Positions 48,901 to 62,859 of a stretch of 64,000 bases of DNA are shown piece after piece. Every line of letters starts with the position of its first letter. Position 1 is the first letter of the stretch. The stretch is taken from contig NW_026782081.1 in assembly GCF_031769215.1 (NCBI RefSeq), positions 2,790,001 through 2,854,000 on the forward strand, in the 5' to 3' direction. This DNA comes from Ylistrum balloti. Lineage: Eukaryota. The notes under the pieces are model-generated. The model did no database searches. It saw only the letters and a program-made list of their open reading frames with translations, and was not told where the DNA came from. Both the position numbers and the translations under genes were made by a program.

Positions 48901-50233
48901 GAGAAAGGATAATCGACATACAACGACCGTTGATAACATAAAACTAATTTATGTTTTTATGAAGATCTGCATAGTTAATCAGATGGAATTTCAATGGCAA
49001 TTAAGTTCAGAAATGATCAATTATACTTTATTGTAAGGGTACATATGTAATGACGAAACTAATTTGATTGGCCATGTTTATTACAATTTAGCTCCATCGC
49101 ATCTAAAATGTCCATTTACAATGATTCATCAGAAAAGAAATGAAATGTATTCTAGACTGGACTGACAAAATATATTTCCCAACCTATTACAAAAGAACAA
49201 AGAAGACTCATAAACTAGTAATCGACGTATCATAGGAGTTCAATTTTCCAACAGCCTACAACTGTCAAAACGTAATCTCTATGTGGATGGATCTGTCCCA
49301 GGTGCGTAAAGCTTATAACGTAATTTCATCAAACGAATTGGAAGTCGGTTATAAATATTTCTTTGAAATAACTCACAATGTCTAGTAATTGTAATGTACA
49401 AAAAAGCAATTTTAGCTTTTTATTTTAAAATCATTACATGCATTGTATGTATTATTTTAAGTCTTTTCGTTGCACAGGTTTTCAAAAGATGCAGGTTGAT
49501 GAAAATTATTGGGAACTTGTAAACTAATTGAGAAATATAATATTCTTGGTGCAATATGAAGCTGGACATGTTTGATGCTCGTTGGTATGCCTATTGGTAT
49601 CGATGTTGCAAACTTTGTTCTTTTTAGGAACGTGATATTACTTATTTGGATTGACTAAGGTTTACAAGGCGAATGCTGCCGATGAAGCAGAAGACGCTTA
49701 CTCTTCTGAAACACATTATTTTATTTTCCTTGTACTTTTTCATGTCAATTTTTCCTTTGTTCATATTTGCAGTGGTTTTATGGAATCTGAGTTGGACTAT
49801 TATCATGTTGACATGTTGGTATTTTCTTGTTGTTTTTTGTCTAGATCTGACTATTACGGCAGAATCACCCACCTGGAATAGCATAATGTAATGACAACGT
49901 TCCTCGCATATACCCACCAGAATATGATATCAAGGACACGATATGTTTGTTTATCAAATAGGACACACAATGAACGATGTTTTAACGAATGATTAAATCT
50001 GAAAATAAACTTTTGAGAAGAAAATAGCTTTACGTATTGTACATAATGTATATGTAAATGAAAATCATTATAATTTTGAATCTTTGATTTTGGCAGTTTT
50101 TAAAGGAACCCACGAAAGAGGAGAAATGGAATTATTCAACAAGGTTGTATGTGTCCAGGTGCTGCCCTTTACTGTCAGGTACCAGGCTCGTTTCATCTGA
50201 CTTAAACTTAGCTGAAACAGGAAAGCATTCAAG
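45949..50233 (+). pseudogene. Decayed inverted paralog of the ACC-synthase-like gene
   Basis: Relics of exon 1 (45949-46050, KRAQSVQQNDLLSTNSFRITGNVYD; ATG lost, donor GT>AT), exon 6 (47317-47411, VFLCPTPVY...DIYEVPMFD; +2 frameshift, acceptor lost), exon 7 (48755-48826, ELNVDQCKLRIEVRKSYLQRVKGE), exon 11 (49156-49301, WTDKIYFPTYY...S*EFNFPTAY...WMDLSQ; in-frame TAG 49233-49235) and exon 12 (50097-50233, FLKEPTKEE...CPGAALYCQVPGSFHLT*). Exons 8-10 are absent and exons 2-5 were not recognised. Confidence 0.85.
49470..49945 (+). mobile_element. Penelope-like element fragments, rearranged
   Basis: GFQKMQVDEN/CRLMKI-type segment at about 49475-49515, terminal repeat gactaaggtttac...gccgatgaagcagaagacgcttactcttc at about 49650-49710, and RIYPPEYDIKDT at about 49905-49940. 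The pieces are out of native order. Confidence 0.6.
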
Positions 50234-50854
50234 CGACATATCCATGCAACTTCTAATCATGCTGTATAATGAAAATACCGATGCTTGACTTGCATATACA
50301 CTTGTAAAATGTAAAAGCGATAACCAAGAGCTGAATATGGGCGATTTTATTTTTTCTCTTAGTATACAAATTCAAGTGCTAGGTTCTTTACGCGATATTC
50401 CGCACAAGTTAGGATTTCAATCTTTATACATCAAGTTAGAGCGATTTACAAACGTTTGTGCGTCAAACCAGGTTTATATTGTTATTAGCCGAACGGTAAT
50501 AGTCTACGGTAAATATTCTTTACAAAGGCTATATGATACCAGGTAGTATTGCTCTCAATAATATGTAACAGGCTGTTGAATTGGTGATTGAATGCTCGAC
50601 TCTGCAAGAACAACGTGTTGTATCATTGAACAATACTTTAATTTGATTGTTACGACTGACTTCAAACATGGTTGGTCAGAACTGGAAATGTTTATACAAG
50701 CTATTGACGCCGCTGTGTGGGAAAGAGTATGCTTAATACGTTTTAAGGCGGTCATGTTGCTCCAATAAGGCAGTATTTGAGAATCTGAACTAAACACAAT
50801 ACCACAAAGACCTGCAACTTAACAACCTGGATTGTATCCATTGCTCGTGACCAA

Positions 50855-53800
50855 CTACATATGTGTTTGATTTTTGTGGACACTCTTCGATATCTTCATT
50901 AATACTGCACGGAAACGTCTGATGCCTGAAATATGTTCAAAATAAAATTATCAGGTTTTTCTCAATAATACAGTGGAACTTTGTTATTTCGAACTCGGAT
51001 AGGCCATGGAAAAAAAGCAAGTTCGAATGTTTTTTGCAAAGTTAGGCATGTTACTGACAAAATGCTTCGAATTAAACAGGGTTTTCACGTTATACGAGGT
51101 CGTTATAACGAGGTTCGACTGTATATCTTACTTTTAATCTGTCATTTCAAAGCATTGTGGAATATAACTCATCAAACTTAAGTGATAGCTCCAGTGTGAT
51201 GCATGAGACACCTGTGACTTTCTAGTGACATCTACAGGAACAAGAATGATCTATGCTTCCTTCCTTGTCAATATCTCATGAGATGTGTGTTTAATTTTTC
51301 TCGTAGAGACACTTAGGATAGTTCTAATTTAATAATGGGAATCAAGCTAAAGTCCTGCGTATGAACGAAAATTAATTAACTGTTGGCTTTTTATGAATGA
51401 TTGGAGTAGCATGTGAAGGTGTACATGTGATGACATCAACGTACCCTGTACTGTTCCAACGTATCCTTTAATGCAGCTAATTTGAAAACGTCATACTGGC
51501 CAGCAAAACATCCGCAACTAATTTGGTTATTTCATCATTTTTAGAGTATCTTCATATCAATATAACTAAATGGAATATCCACAAACACTGTTTTAAGTAT
51601 ATAATCCTTCACAAGATTAGTTTCAAATGCATATAATGATAGAAATAAAAGATATATGGACTGTATAAGATACTCACCTTCTTTAAGTTCCTGCTTCGGT
51701 AAAGTGTAAGTCAGTCGAAACCAACCTGGAATGTGGCAACACAGCTCCATACCAGGGCAAATATACAGACCAGCATGCATCAACTTGTTAAACAGTTTTG
51801 TTTCTTCCTCTTTCGTCCGTCCGTTCATAAACTGATAAAACAAGATCGTTCAAAAATTTTAATATTTTGTAAAATTGATCCTTACTGATTTCGTGTATGT
51901 GTTAAAGCTGTACAGAAAAAGCATGAAGTACGATTCATAGGGAAAAGGAATCAAAGAGAGTAAAATAACAGATACAACAAACCACAAAAAAAACTAAAAA
52001 AGCAAATCTAATTCCCCTGAAGGCTTAATAGAAAATAGAGCAGGTTACATATGAGAAAATCTTTTCTTTGTGTGTCGCATTTACATTCTTGTTTTTATTT
52101 TCAAAAATGATTTCTGTTCTTTGCTTCTTTCCGTTAATTCACATTTTCACTGATTTTGCTTTCTTTAGTTTTTTTTATCTTCTTGATTTCGAGTATAAAT
52201 AACAGCATTTTAAACACTTTACTTTTTTAAGTTAGTGGTCACTATAAACTGAGATAATGAGAACGATTTAAGGAACGGTACATGTGTTGAGTATTTCATG
52301 TAACAAATCTAATGATAATAGATAGAAGTAGGTATCTACTGCATATGGAGAATCTTTCACCCGTTTCGCTCTTTTATCGATTGAGTGAAATAAATGTGGA
52401 CTAAAGTCTTACGTAAAAGTTGAAATATGTACATTACGTACTGAAGGATGAATTCAATACTGGTCGACAATAAATAGTTTTATGCGAGATTCCCTATATA
52501 CTGTTTGGATCCTCTTTCATCTCAGTAAAAGGAATTACATGCGTATGCATAAGCTACCTCAGAGAGATCCATCCATATGAAGATTACGTTTCGACCACTG
52601 TATGCTGTTGGAATATTGAACTCCTCTAATACGTCTTTGACAAGTTGATGAACCTCCTTTGCTCTGTTGTAATAGGTTGGAAAATAGCTGTTGTCGATCC
52701 ATTCTTGAAGTTTTAGGCAGAAAATTAAAAACAAAACAAAAAACGGAATAATGTTGTTTCAAAAAATTTACGTTGTATTGACATTTTGATGCTAGTTGGT
52801 ATATCTGGAGGTTCATTGTTGTTTACTTTGTTATCATTTGAGAATAAGGCATTATTCACTTCGACTGATCAAGATTCATCGTAGATGAAGTAAAAGACGC
52901 TTATCCCTCTGGAACATTCTTGAGTCTCTGTGTAAATCTTTCTTTTGTTTTCTTTTTGTCCTAATTTTACCCAGTTTTATTTTTTAAATTTTAGATTCCG
53001 ATGTTGATGTGTCGGTACTTTTGTTGTTTTTGTAATGCGATATGCCATATTCACTTATCTATTGTAAGATCCTTTATATTGCTGTAATGTTATTCTTCTA
53101 AATGGTCTAGAAGTTTTGTATTTAATCTATTTTCCATTGTAAATATACATATAGAATTGTTACGTTTCTACATTCATGAATTATTTGAATCATGATTTTG
53201 ATTTACTTGAGTCTCATTAAAGACATTATGCATCACTGAATAATTCATGAGACGATGTATCTGAACGTACACTTTGTTTCACTTACATATCATACCGTTA
53301 CCATTTCTAAACTTACATTTTGTATTTCGTTTGAAAAATAATCCAATCAAATGACTAATTCATAAACAAAATTGAAATGGAACATGTTCTGCGGAATATC
53401 ATTCTCGTGGAATTACGCACTTCAACACTGAAATTAAGGTTACTGAGAAGTTAAAATCCCCATCAGCTACCCAGCGCCTGCTGTTGTAAGAAGCGTACCT
53501 TTGTCGGAGAGTATGCCATTGATAAGAATCTGAGTAGGTGCGGGTATAGCAGAGAACATTGCAATTTTCTGAAGATGGCTTATGACTCTTGCATTATGGG
53601 AATATACCACACCACATCGGAATCCCGAAAGTCCAAAATCCTGTTAAAAAAACACAAAGCATTTTTCATTTTTTTTTCTATCTGGTATTTTCAAGAATGA
53701 TAAAATGAGAAAAGGAAACATTAAGATGTTGTATTTTTTGTAAAAAAAAAAAGGGGGGGGGATTTTTTTTTTTCGTTCACGAAATGTTTTGACTTTAACG

Positions 53801-56800
53801 TTTTTCAATTCTTTAAAATCAAATGCTTGTTCGATTGTTTCAATGACATAACAAAACAATATTTAATTTTCTAAACACATTACCTTACTGAAACCCCAAA
53901 TAAAATGGGTCTTCTCTAGATCTGGTATATCCATAGACAAGACACTTCTGAAACAACCTTGACCTTGCGTTGATAAAGCATATATTTCATCGAAGATGGC
54001 GTGGAGATTTTCCCTGTAAAGAGTCCAATTAACACCTCTAGTGATAAATGAGAAATTGGTTTGTTGAATATGATCGATAGTGTTATTGAAATTTACTTAC
54101 CGTTTACATAATTCCAACACTTCTGTAATTTCTTGGGGCGTGTATACCTTGCCTGTTGGGTTACAAGGGCTGGCTATAATCACTCCGCGGACATTGAAAC
54201 CCTATAACATTAGCAAACAATGATATTAGTTTTACCAACCAACCGATGTTATATATATAGAGTAGGTCATGTGATGCTTAATACGATAATGGACACGCTT
54301 AAATTACCTCCTTCTAAGAAAGAAACTAGTGATGATGAATAATGATTAATTAACATGATATCTAATATGTGCCATTATTATTCAGTTGTGTATCTGTGAG
54401 TAAATATCAACATACATAAACATATATTGACATAAATTCAAGATTTAATGCTTGAAAAGTCTAATGTTACGTATTTAACGAAACAATCGGATATAATAAC
54501 AACCTTCGTCCACATTTAACTCCATACCACACGCAACATTGTTTTGAATATAGATTATTAGCAAAACTTGGGGACCTCTTACAAGGTTAAACATACAAAA
54601 AAGGATTTTTCAGGAGATAAATAAGAAATTTCACGTTCCCATGGAAGATGAAGGTAGACAACGGTGGCATTCTAACGAGTATCAAACTCTCCAACTTCAT
54701 ATCGCAACAGGATATTTGGGAAAAGGTCTCGAGTACGGAATGAACTGCGTAAGACACACCAAGGTTGTGGGAAGTAGTGGGAAATATTGCTATTCAGAAG
54801 AAGAATTTTCCCCGGTAATTTGATAGTTGAGAGAGAGTATCTGTAATAAAAGCCCTTACTTAGGTAAGCACTTGTCAGCCTTAGCATCCAAAGGACAGAA
54901 TTGGGCGATAATTCACAATAGGAAAATTGAAATCATAAAAATTACCATACAATTTGTTAGAACACTCCTACGATTAAAACAACGATTACCTGTATCGAAA
55001 ACTATATTTCTTTATGTCCGTATTTCAAGCTTTTGTCAAACGAGATTTCTCGCATTTTGTTGAATCATTTTGTGACTAATCAAAATATCAGCTTGGCTAA
55101 CAAATTAGGCGCGACTGTGGATGGAATTCTGAAGTAATTTGATAGTTAAACCATGTAGTTTTTCTGTTATTCATGTTAAAATATTGTCTTATATCACACT
55201 TACTTCCAATCTTGCTCTCCGCAAGTACAATTCCAACAAATCGCTGCGCATTTTGCATGGATCATCCTGTGATTGTTCCTGTAAAAATATTCTGTCTAGA
55301 ATAATAATTACGTATGGATATTAAGGATGTGGATCATACATATATCAAGTAAAAACTTTCATCTCCAAAAAAACTAGAGTTTCCTCCGTGTATCTTACCG
55401 TGATACGTGCTTGTTGTTGGCCTATTTACACTGCACCTCTTTTCGATTGGTCACGTGACCTCAAAATAGAATATTACTATTAATGCTCAGATTTTGTTTA
55501 CTGGAGCAACCATTTTCCGTATATTACACATTAATTATCCACATTATAATCAGCCAGCTATCCGATATGGACATTTTTTAAACACAATTTTGCATAATAA
55601 ACAGGGAATTTCATGATGATCCAACATTCACTTTTAATATTTTGATGCTGTTTCTATTAAAGTGTCCGGGTTACTGGTATATACATGGAAAAACGTTGTA
55701 TTTGTATAAAAGGCATCTCTCCAGGGATACAGCCTGCTTGTTAGATAGGGCCTTTCAAACTATGATAACCTATTCCGGTATCATACAGAAGAGTTAATAT
55801 TATCATTGCAAATAACTCCTCAAGAAATTCGAAAATATTTGGAAATGCAAATAAATTGAAATGTACAGGCTACCCGCGATCTTTGTAAACAAAGTGGCGT
55901 CGTAGGAAATGTTAACAATGCAACAAAATGTTTTGTATGAACACGTTAATGAGCTGCGGAAAAAGAAGCAGTATTAATTCCCATGTCTGCAACTAATCCG
56001 TACGTGACCGTCACCTTCATCCAATAAACGACCAGCCAGTGCTACTATGTAAGCATGCGAGATGGTGATCAACTCGACAGGACGTCTTACCTACATTATA
56101 GTCAAGTTATGCTATGATGATTAATAACGTAGAATATGATTAATAAAAAAGTTGTTTTCAAATTGCATGTGATATGGATGATGCCATAAAGGGGCCGTCG
56201 ATCTGATTTTAAACAAAGGCGTTGTCTAATTGAAGGAGGTTTCGACTCACGGGTCAAGGTAAATATACATATTCTTCACAATTGAAGTCACCTCAACCAC
56301 ATCAATCAGACATTTTCTAAATGGTTACAATCATCCATCATTAATTCTTAAATAATGCTTATGTCAAGGGTTTTTCCTCCCATGTACACATGAAAAGTCA
56401 GGCCATTGCCCAAAGATGACAGCCGTATTTCCTGTTGAGACAGATGATCTACATCAACACTGGAGAACTTTATTAAAACGACTTGCTCAAAGGTGTCATT
56501 GAAATATGAAGTGGAGAGTAGATGATTATATTTTGATTCCATGTTCTCTGCTTTATGTCCGTTTGTCGGTATTGACATATAAACAGAATGTCGATAAAAC
56601 GCTAACCGTGACAGTACAGTAGGTTATAAATTCAATTCAGGGATAGTCTTTAATCCTGATATCACAACCAAAAAAGATCATGTCACACGGTAATTTCTTC
56701 CATCTTTATTGAATATCTCTATACAGAATGACAAAACTCCAACTCTGCATTTCACGAAACGTACTGAATACTTACCTCTCCTCGAGGTCTATTGTTTTGT

Positions 56801-59800
56801 CGATCTTCCCTAGTGAACAAATACCTTTACCATTCAAAGATAGACATTACGAATTTCGGAAATGTATTCTAGAAATCAATGTATCAATTATTTAGACAGA
56901 TAATTAAAGTTAAGAAAAGTTTTAAAACTACATCCTGACCCAAATTTATTAACAACTTTACTTTATAACACGTCACTTATAGACTGAAAGTTATAGTAAT
57001 GCTTGTTTTTATACATATAGAAGAGCTTTTATCATGAAATTTGAATCTAACTTGAGACGAAGAGTGATATACATTACAAAAAAAAAATGACAATTATGAG
57101 AATTTCCAAGATAAAGTGCTTTGAAAAATATAAAACTATAGACACTCACATCAAACATTGGTACCTCGTAGATATCAACTCCGCCAATGTCTAACATATC
57201 GCTTCTAATCCTCGGGTACATCGGAGTAGGGCACAGGAAAACATCTGCAATTTAAATACCTCCATTAATAGCTTGAATAGCATCAACAACATACATTATT
57301 CAAGCATTTTGTTATTTGTCAAAAACGGTCATTAACCTCGTCTTTCGCTGTTTCTATGTACAAAGTGATGCTCACGGTTGGTTGGTATTCTCTAATAACA
57401 AGACACATTTGATAAAAATAATCAAAACCTACCTAGATCTTTCAATAAAATCACAGGAATTATAACGTTGACACGGTAACAAACAATAATTCATATTCTA
57501 AATTGAGGAGGGGAAATATTAAGAAAACAGAATGGCTCTTAGGGGAAAAGCATGAACAAGTAATTGAGAGGATGACTAGGTGTTCCGGAACAGCAAGCGA
57601 TATTCCCATTATTTGCGAAACTGGCAAAGCCAAAATATAAAAACTGATTACAATGTACAATAATAATAAAAAAAAAATTGAAATGCTTTATAATAGTGTG
57701 TTATAACTCCTTACTCTATATTACAAAAAGAATTATAACGAAGATTAACATTGAAAGAAACTGCAAAATTCAACATCAATTATTTTAAGTAAACAAAAAA
57801 GTATATAAAGCCATCACATGGTTTTTGGTGAAGATACATATATTAGATTCAATGCCGTGGAGTTCGGTACCACATTTTATCAACCCTAACCATTAGTGTA
57901 ATTAATAATGTCGATGTTTTATCCTCAAATATACATGGCTGTTTTGTCTTGTAATATCTTTCAAGCTTCAAAACATAAATGCCTGTAACCAAATGTGCGC
58001 CTATCTGGGGATACCTATCATATACACGAGTATAAGCGAACAAACCATATGTTTTTATATTATTCTGTACGCGTGATAGGACAAGTGGTATTCCTTTGAT
58101 AAAATAACATAAATGCTAATGTTACGGGTAACAGAGAATTTTTTGTTCACATTTTTAGATAGAAAATGTACGAGTGACATATCAAACCTATTGTAGTTTA
58201 CCTTGTTCCTAATTTGGAATACGACCTTACTTACGTAGATTTACATGACGGGTGTCGTCGATGAATCAGAAGATGCTTAGCCTTTCGGAACTCCTTTTCT
58301 AATTATCCTTGTACTTTTTTCCATACAATATTTGTAATTAATATTTGCACTAGTTTCATCGACGTGGAGTTGAAATTCAGAATTTGTTGGCATTGTCACA
58401 TTTCTTAATTGCCTTCCAATATCTAAATATTCAAATTAAGTGTTAATAACTTTTAAGAATAGGGCTGCTAAAGGCTGTCAAATATGGTGCTATATACTTC
58501 TATCGGAGCCATTGTTAAGTAGCTTGAATGTTGAAGGATATGTAAATCAAAGTTATAAATCATTTAAAAACAAATGGGTCACTAGTATGAATATATATTA
58601 AAGTATTATAATGATAAAGAGACGGAAATTGCCAAACATGTGTGCGTGAGGTTTATCGAATAATATAGGCTATCGCTGAAACGTTTTGAATGTAAAAGTG
58701 TTACCATTGCTTTAGGTGGCAAAGGAAAAAGAAAATAATGAAATATTAAACAAAGAAGTCTTATATTTTCGTACCGCCAACATCCGCCAGAGTAAAGGCT
58801 AAGCCATTCAGTGTTGCTGCGACTCCATCCAACAGAATCAGCTATAAATTATCAATTTGTATTTACTAATAAAAGAAAACATCTGGCTATACATATATAC
58901 ATATACAGAGAGTATCGCGTATAATTACTTACAAGGGATAAATTTCGCAATTACACTTACCCATCAACAATGAGGATAATTTAGTTAATAGTTTGAGTAG
59001 GAACAATAAATGCTATTATAAAATTACAATGTTCTTCCCTTTCATTGGCCTTAAGTAAGATTGCGGTGCCAGTGAGAAACTCGTTAATATGTAATGAACC
59101 TTTAAACTACCCCTGTTCTATTCGATCAATCAAAGTATCCATACTAAAGGTTAATGTCTACATGATGTGAAAAATATCTATTGTAGTTTAAAGTTTAAAT
59201 CAGTATCTATGAAGAAATACTGATGTTATACTGCTTAGTTCACAAGGAATGGTAATGTATACTGATAGAGGCAACGTTTACCGAGTAATAAGAGTAAATT
59301 ATAAGTTCATATTGATAATTGTGAGCACAAATACATCTCCTATGTGGTGACATAAAGAGAAAACTATAATTTGTCACAATCTTCTGGTTTTGTAGTTTAA
59401 TTAGTTCATTACTTACACTTTCCTTTTCGATTTTCATTTTACTTTTGAAATGTTCCTCAATGAACTTGCAGAATGTCTTCAGCACACTAAGGCAAACAAA
59501 TGAATGCACATTGACGGACTAATACACAGAAATTTCAAATACTGTTTTCTATCATAACAAGTGACAAGTGTTTCAATCACGTTAACCTCTCCGACTGGAC
59601 ATGAAAATGAACGCGACTATCTATTTAATCATGTGTGTTCCTCTGCAGTATTTTGGCTTGTCTTCATATTGTAACGAAAAGGTCGGTTCACAATATTACC
59701 GTAAAGAAAACGAAACCAGACTTTACAATCATTTAGCACATAAACATACCAGTCCAAACCATGGTAAGGATAGTAATATAGCATGTCTCTGCTGGCAAAA

Positions 59801-62557
59801 TCAACCGACCCCGATATGTCATCAATCTGAAACAAGTCGAGCGTTTACTTTGGATTAAATGTATATATTTACATGCAGTGTTTCTAACGGACTGGTAATC
59901 TTATCCAAGTTGCACTTTCATATTTTCAAATCATTTCAAGCCTGCTCTCTGCTGTTGGGTAATTCAAAATTGCTAGTTTACTTCAGTTCATCTGGTAAGG
60001 CATGGTATAGATACATATTTATCACCTAATGGACTTGGTGTCGAGTGAATATACCAATATAAGAGTTTCTGTATATTTCGTTAGTGTTATATACTCAGGA
60101 ATAATTTTCCATGGCGGTGCCAGTCAAAAATCCATTGTGATGTACTAATATAAACAAGAAGTTATGTCATGCATTGAAAATGTCGCAAGAAAATAGCTAT
60201 TTGCATTTAAGTTTTTTTATCTACATTTTGGCTTTAGATTATGTCAAATTATCACTTCATTTAGTTTAAAATATCGTTTACTTTCTTTTCATTTCATATT
60301 TGAATTTAGGAAACTATCAGGATGATGCGCTTACAAATATGAATAACTCAAAACCTTTAAGAGATGCGTACATAAAATACCATGAAACACAAGACCATTT
60401 ACGACTCCTTGACACCGAGATTAAGGAGTGAATCTAGAGTACGAAAAGAACCAAGCATTGAGCATTTCAGTGATGCATCTCTTTTAGGTTAAAGATATTT
60501 ATATCACAGTATCATTATGACGTCATCATTATATAGTCAATGACCGTATGTGATGATCAGATTATAATTTAGGCAAAATATCACCATTATACTTACGGTT
60601 AAATTTCTCTATATGCAGCTTATTAACCGCAATGCGTGTATTTATCGATATATACTCATGACGATTAGATTTGCTCGAGAATAATCGGGATCTTTATTTC
60701 TTATGCCGGTTTGTAAATACGCGAAGTTTGCTGACATCCTTTATTTCTATTTGAATATGAAGAGACACGTTAGACATTTAGATGTAATGTTAAATTATAT
60801 GTTTCTGCACACTAATAACTAAATACATCCGTTTAATAATTTGCTCTGTTTGTTATCATAGCATCGTCGATAACTTCAAAGTGGCGCCACCTACTGATTT
60901 TGGTATAATATCGCAGGAAAATTGAACTGGCTACTATTTAATGATGTGTGTAAAGCAATATTTTGAATGTTTAATGAAAATCTTTGTTATCATATATAAA
61001 TTCGACGCATACCAAGCAATATATAGTTGCGAAAATGTAAATACATTTCGATGCAGTTACAAAAAACCAATTGTAAAAAGTGTAAACAACATTAAAGTGA
61101 AGTAAAGTATTTCAACAAATCACAATTCATATAATGTTTTTGTCACTGAACACTTCATTAAACATTTGTGTCCATAAGCTTATCGTTTTATGTAATCGAC
61201 CTTCAATTTAAACACAAGTACGTTGCTAAGCAAAATTGAACAGATAGTATTTACATTTGTATTAACTAAGAGAACGCTTCGTGGCAAGTGTGTTACCTTT
61301 TTCAGCCATAAATCTTCACATAACTTGTTTTCCGACGTTCCCAAGTTGACAAACCCCTTTATAGGAAAACAAACAAAAACAAGAAAATATCAACGTGGAA
61401 ACGTAGTCATAATCCAAAGTCAAATTCCATAAAACCAGTACAAAATATGACAAAAATAATGTTTTACGCGGCGACTCACGCAAAAGTACAATTAGAATAA
61501 GACCAGGTATTCCGCAAGGGTAAGCGTCGTCTGCTCTATCGGCGACACCACCAACTTAAAATATTTCTCAATGAGATCACTATGAAGACCATAAAACTTC
61601 CCCATAATTTTCATCATCCTGCATCTTTGGAAACCCTGTGTTACGAGTTTGTCCGTTAATTGCCGATACCACGATACAATGTATGCCACAGGCAAATCAA
61701 TGGTCTTATTCGAAAGAGTATAGGAAACTGGTTTTTTTTAACATAATAATTATGTTGAGAAAGCACTTTCAGGAAATGAGTCAACGATGTAAATGGTTAA
61801 GACAAAGCGGAGAACAGAAATACCACTCATACTTCGAAATATTTTTTTCGGGATGGTTATGTAAATACAATAGAAGTTCTTGGAACCCAACCTGTAGAAG
61901 ACTAGAGGGTGATGTTTCAGTGATTACGCGATCACCTTAATCAGACAAATGACCAGTATGCAGCTTGCTAGCACTGACGTGATATACTGTACGAGATGAT
62001 GATTAATCTTATCGGATCTTTCGGGGCTTTACTACACTCCTATGAACCCTAAGGTCGAAAGTAGTGTGACGAGAGGGTAAACAGATTATAGAATAAAAGT
62101 TCACAGGATAGTAACAATGGATTGTATTCAAATTGGATACGCTTTGTATAAAACTTCGTCATAGATGTACGCGAGTCTTTGGCCGCCCTCGTCCCTGTTT
62201 AGTATTGGCCCGCTGTGGTGTATCCAGATGGTCTCCTTAACGTTATATCAAAATATCACCAGAGTCATAGAATGAATAAAACTGCATCATATGCAGCTAT
62301 AGTTTAGGGGCTTCAGGATTATATTGTTGAAACCGTCGAGGCAAATGATGCACAATAAATTTCAAACCTGAACCCCACATTTAAGTGAATTTCAACATTA
62401 CCTGATTTCAAACCAATGTTAAGTGCTTGTGCATACGACTGAATAGCAATATTACCTCTGGATTATTTGCAGGATCATAGGTGTTCGCAGATACTTTCTT
62501 GAAGTTAGTTTCAAGAAAATCGTCTCGAACGGTTTGCTGTGCCCTTTTAGAAAGCAT
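50855..62557 (-). CDS. ACCS: 1-aminocyclopropane-1-carboxylate synthase-like protein (fold-type I PLP enzyme, ACCS/ACCSL family), 429 aa, 13 coding exons
   Basis: Exons 62557-62456, 61356-61297, 59826-59750, 59486-59417, 58841-58775, 57244-57150, 55278-55204, 54201-54101, 54013-53884, 53640-53499, 52703-52558, 51831-51678, 50925-50855. They sum to 1290 nt with consistent phases. Motifs: MLSKRA...YDPANNPE, GFVNLGTSENKL, YYPYHGL, FLCPTPMYP, SPCNPTG, FDEIY, WGFSK/DFGLSGFRCG (PLP Lys259), FIWMDL, PGWFRL. The ATG lies 2 nt after an acceptor, so an upstream exon probably exists. Confidence 0.92.
50971..51121. mobile_element. 151-bp Tc1/pogo-type MITE in the last intron of the ACCS-like gene
   Basis: TA-cagtggaactttgttatttcgaac ... 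gttataacgaggttcgactg-TA: imperfect TIRs with CAGT termini and TA on both sides. Confidence 0.75.
61430..61700 (-). mobile_element. Penelope-like element 3' end fragment in ACCS intron 1
   Basis: DKLVTQGFQRCRMMKIMGKFYGLHSDLIEKY followed by the terminal repeat gtgtcgccgatagagcagacgacgcttacccttgcggaatacctg. Confidence 0.72.
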
Positions 62558-62859
62558 TTCTGAAAGGAAAACGCATATATACAAACGGTTATCATAACTC
62601 GAAACATAAAAGAAAAAATATAATAATCAACAAAACAAAGAGGGTCAACTTTGTAAAAGGACTGAGAATATGCAAATATATTAGCTAAAAGGATAAGCGT
62701 CTTCCTTTCCAAGGACGGCATTTGCCCTTTTAATGTTGGACAATCCAAACAATACCCATATTTTTCTAAAAGCAACAAACAAACAAACAAAATTAAACTG
62801 TTGTGATAAGCATACCATGTACACACAACTTCATTTTAACAAAGGATATTATTTCAATT

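Noticed and set aside
53742-53773. A11-G9-A-T11 symmetric homopolymer run in an ACCS intron
   Set aside because: Simple homopolymer slippage with no further structure.
56771-56870. Strong donor (GGAGAG/gtaagt) inside ACCS intron 6, a possible alternative exon 7
   Set aside because: No phase-0 acceptor gives an open frame of suitable length, and the peptide has no similarity to exon 7.
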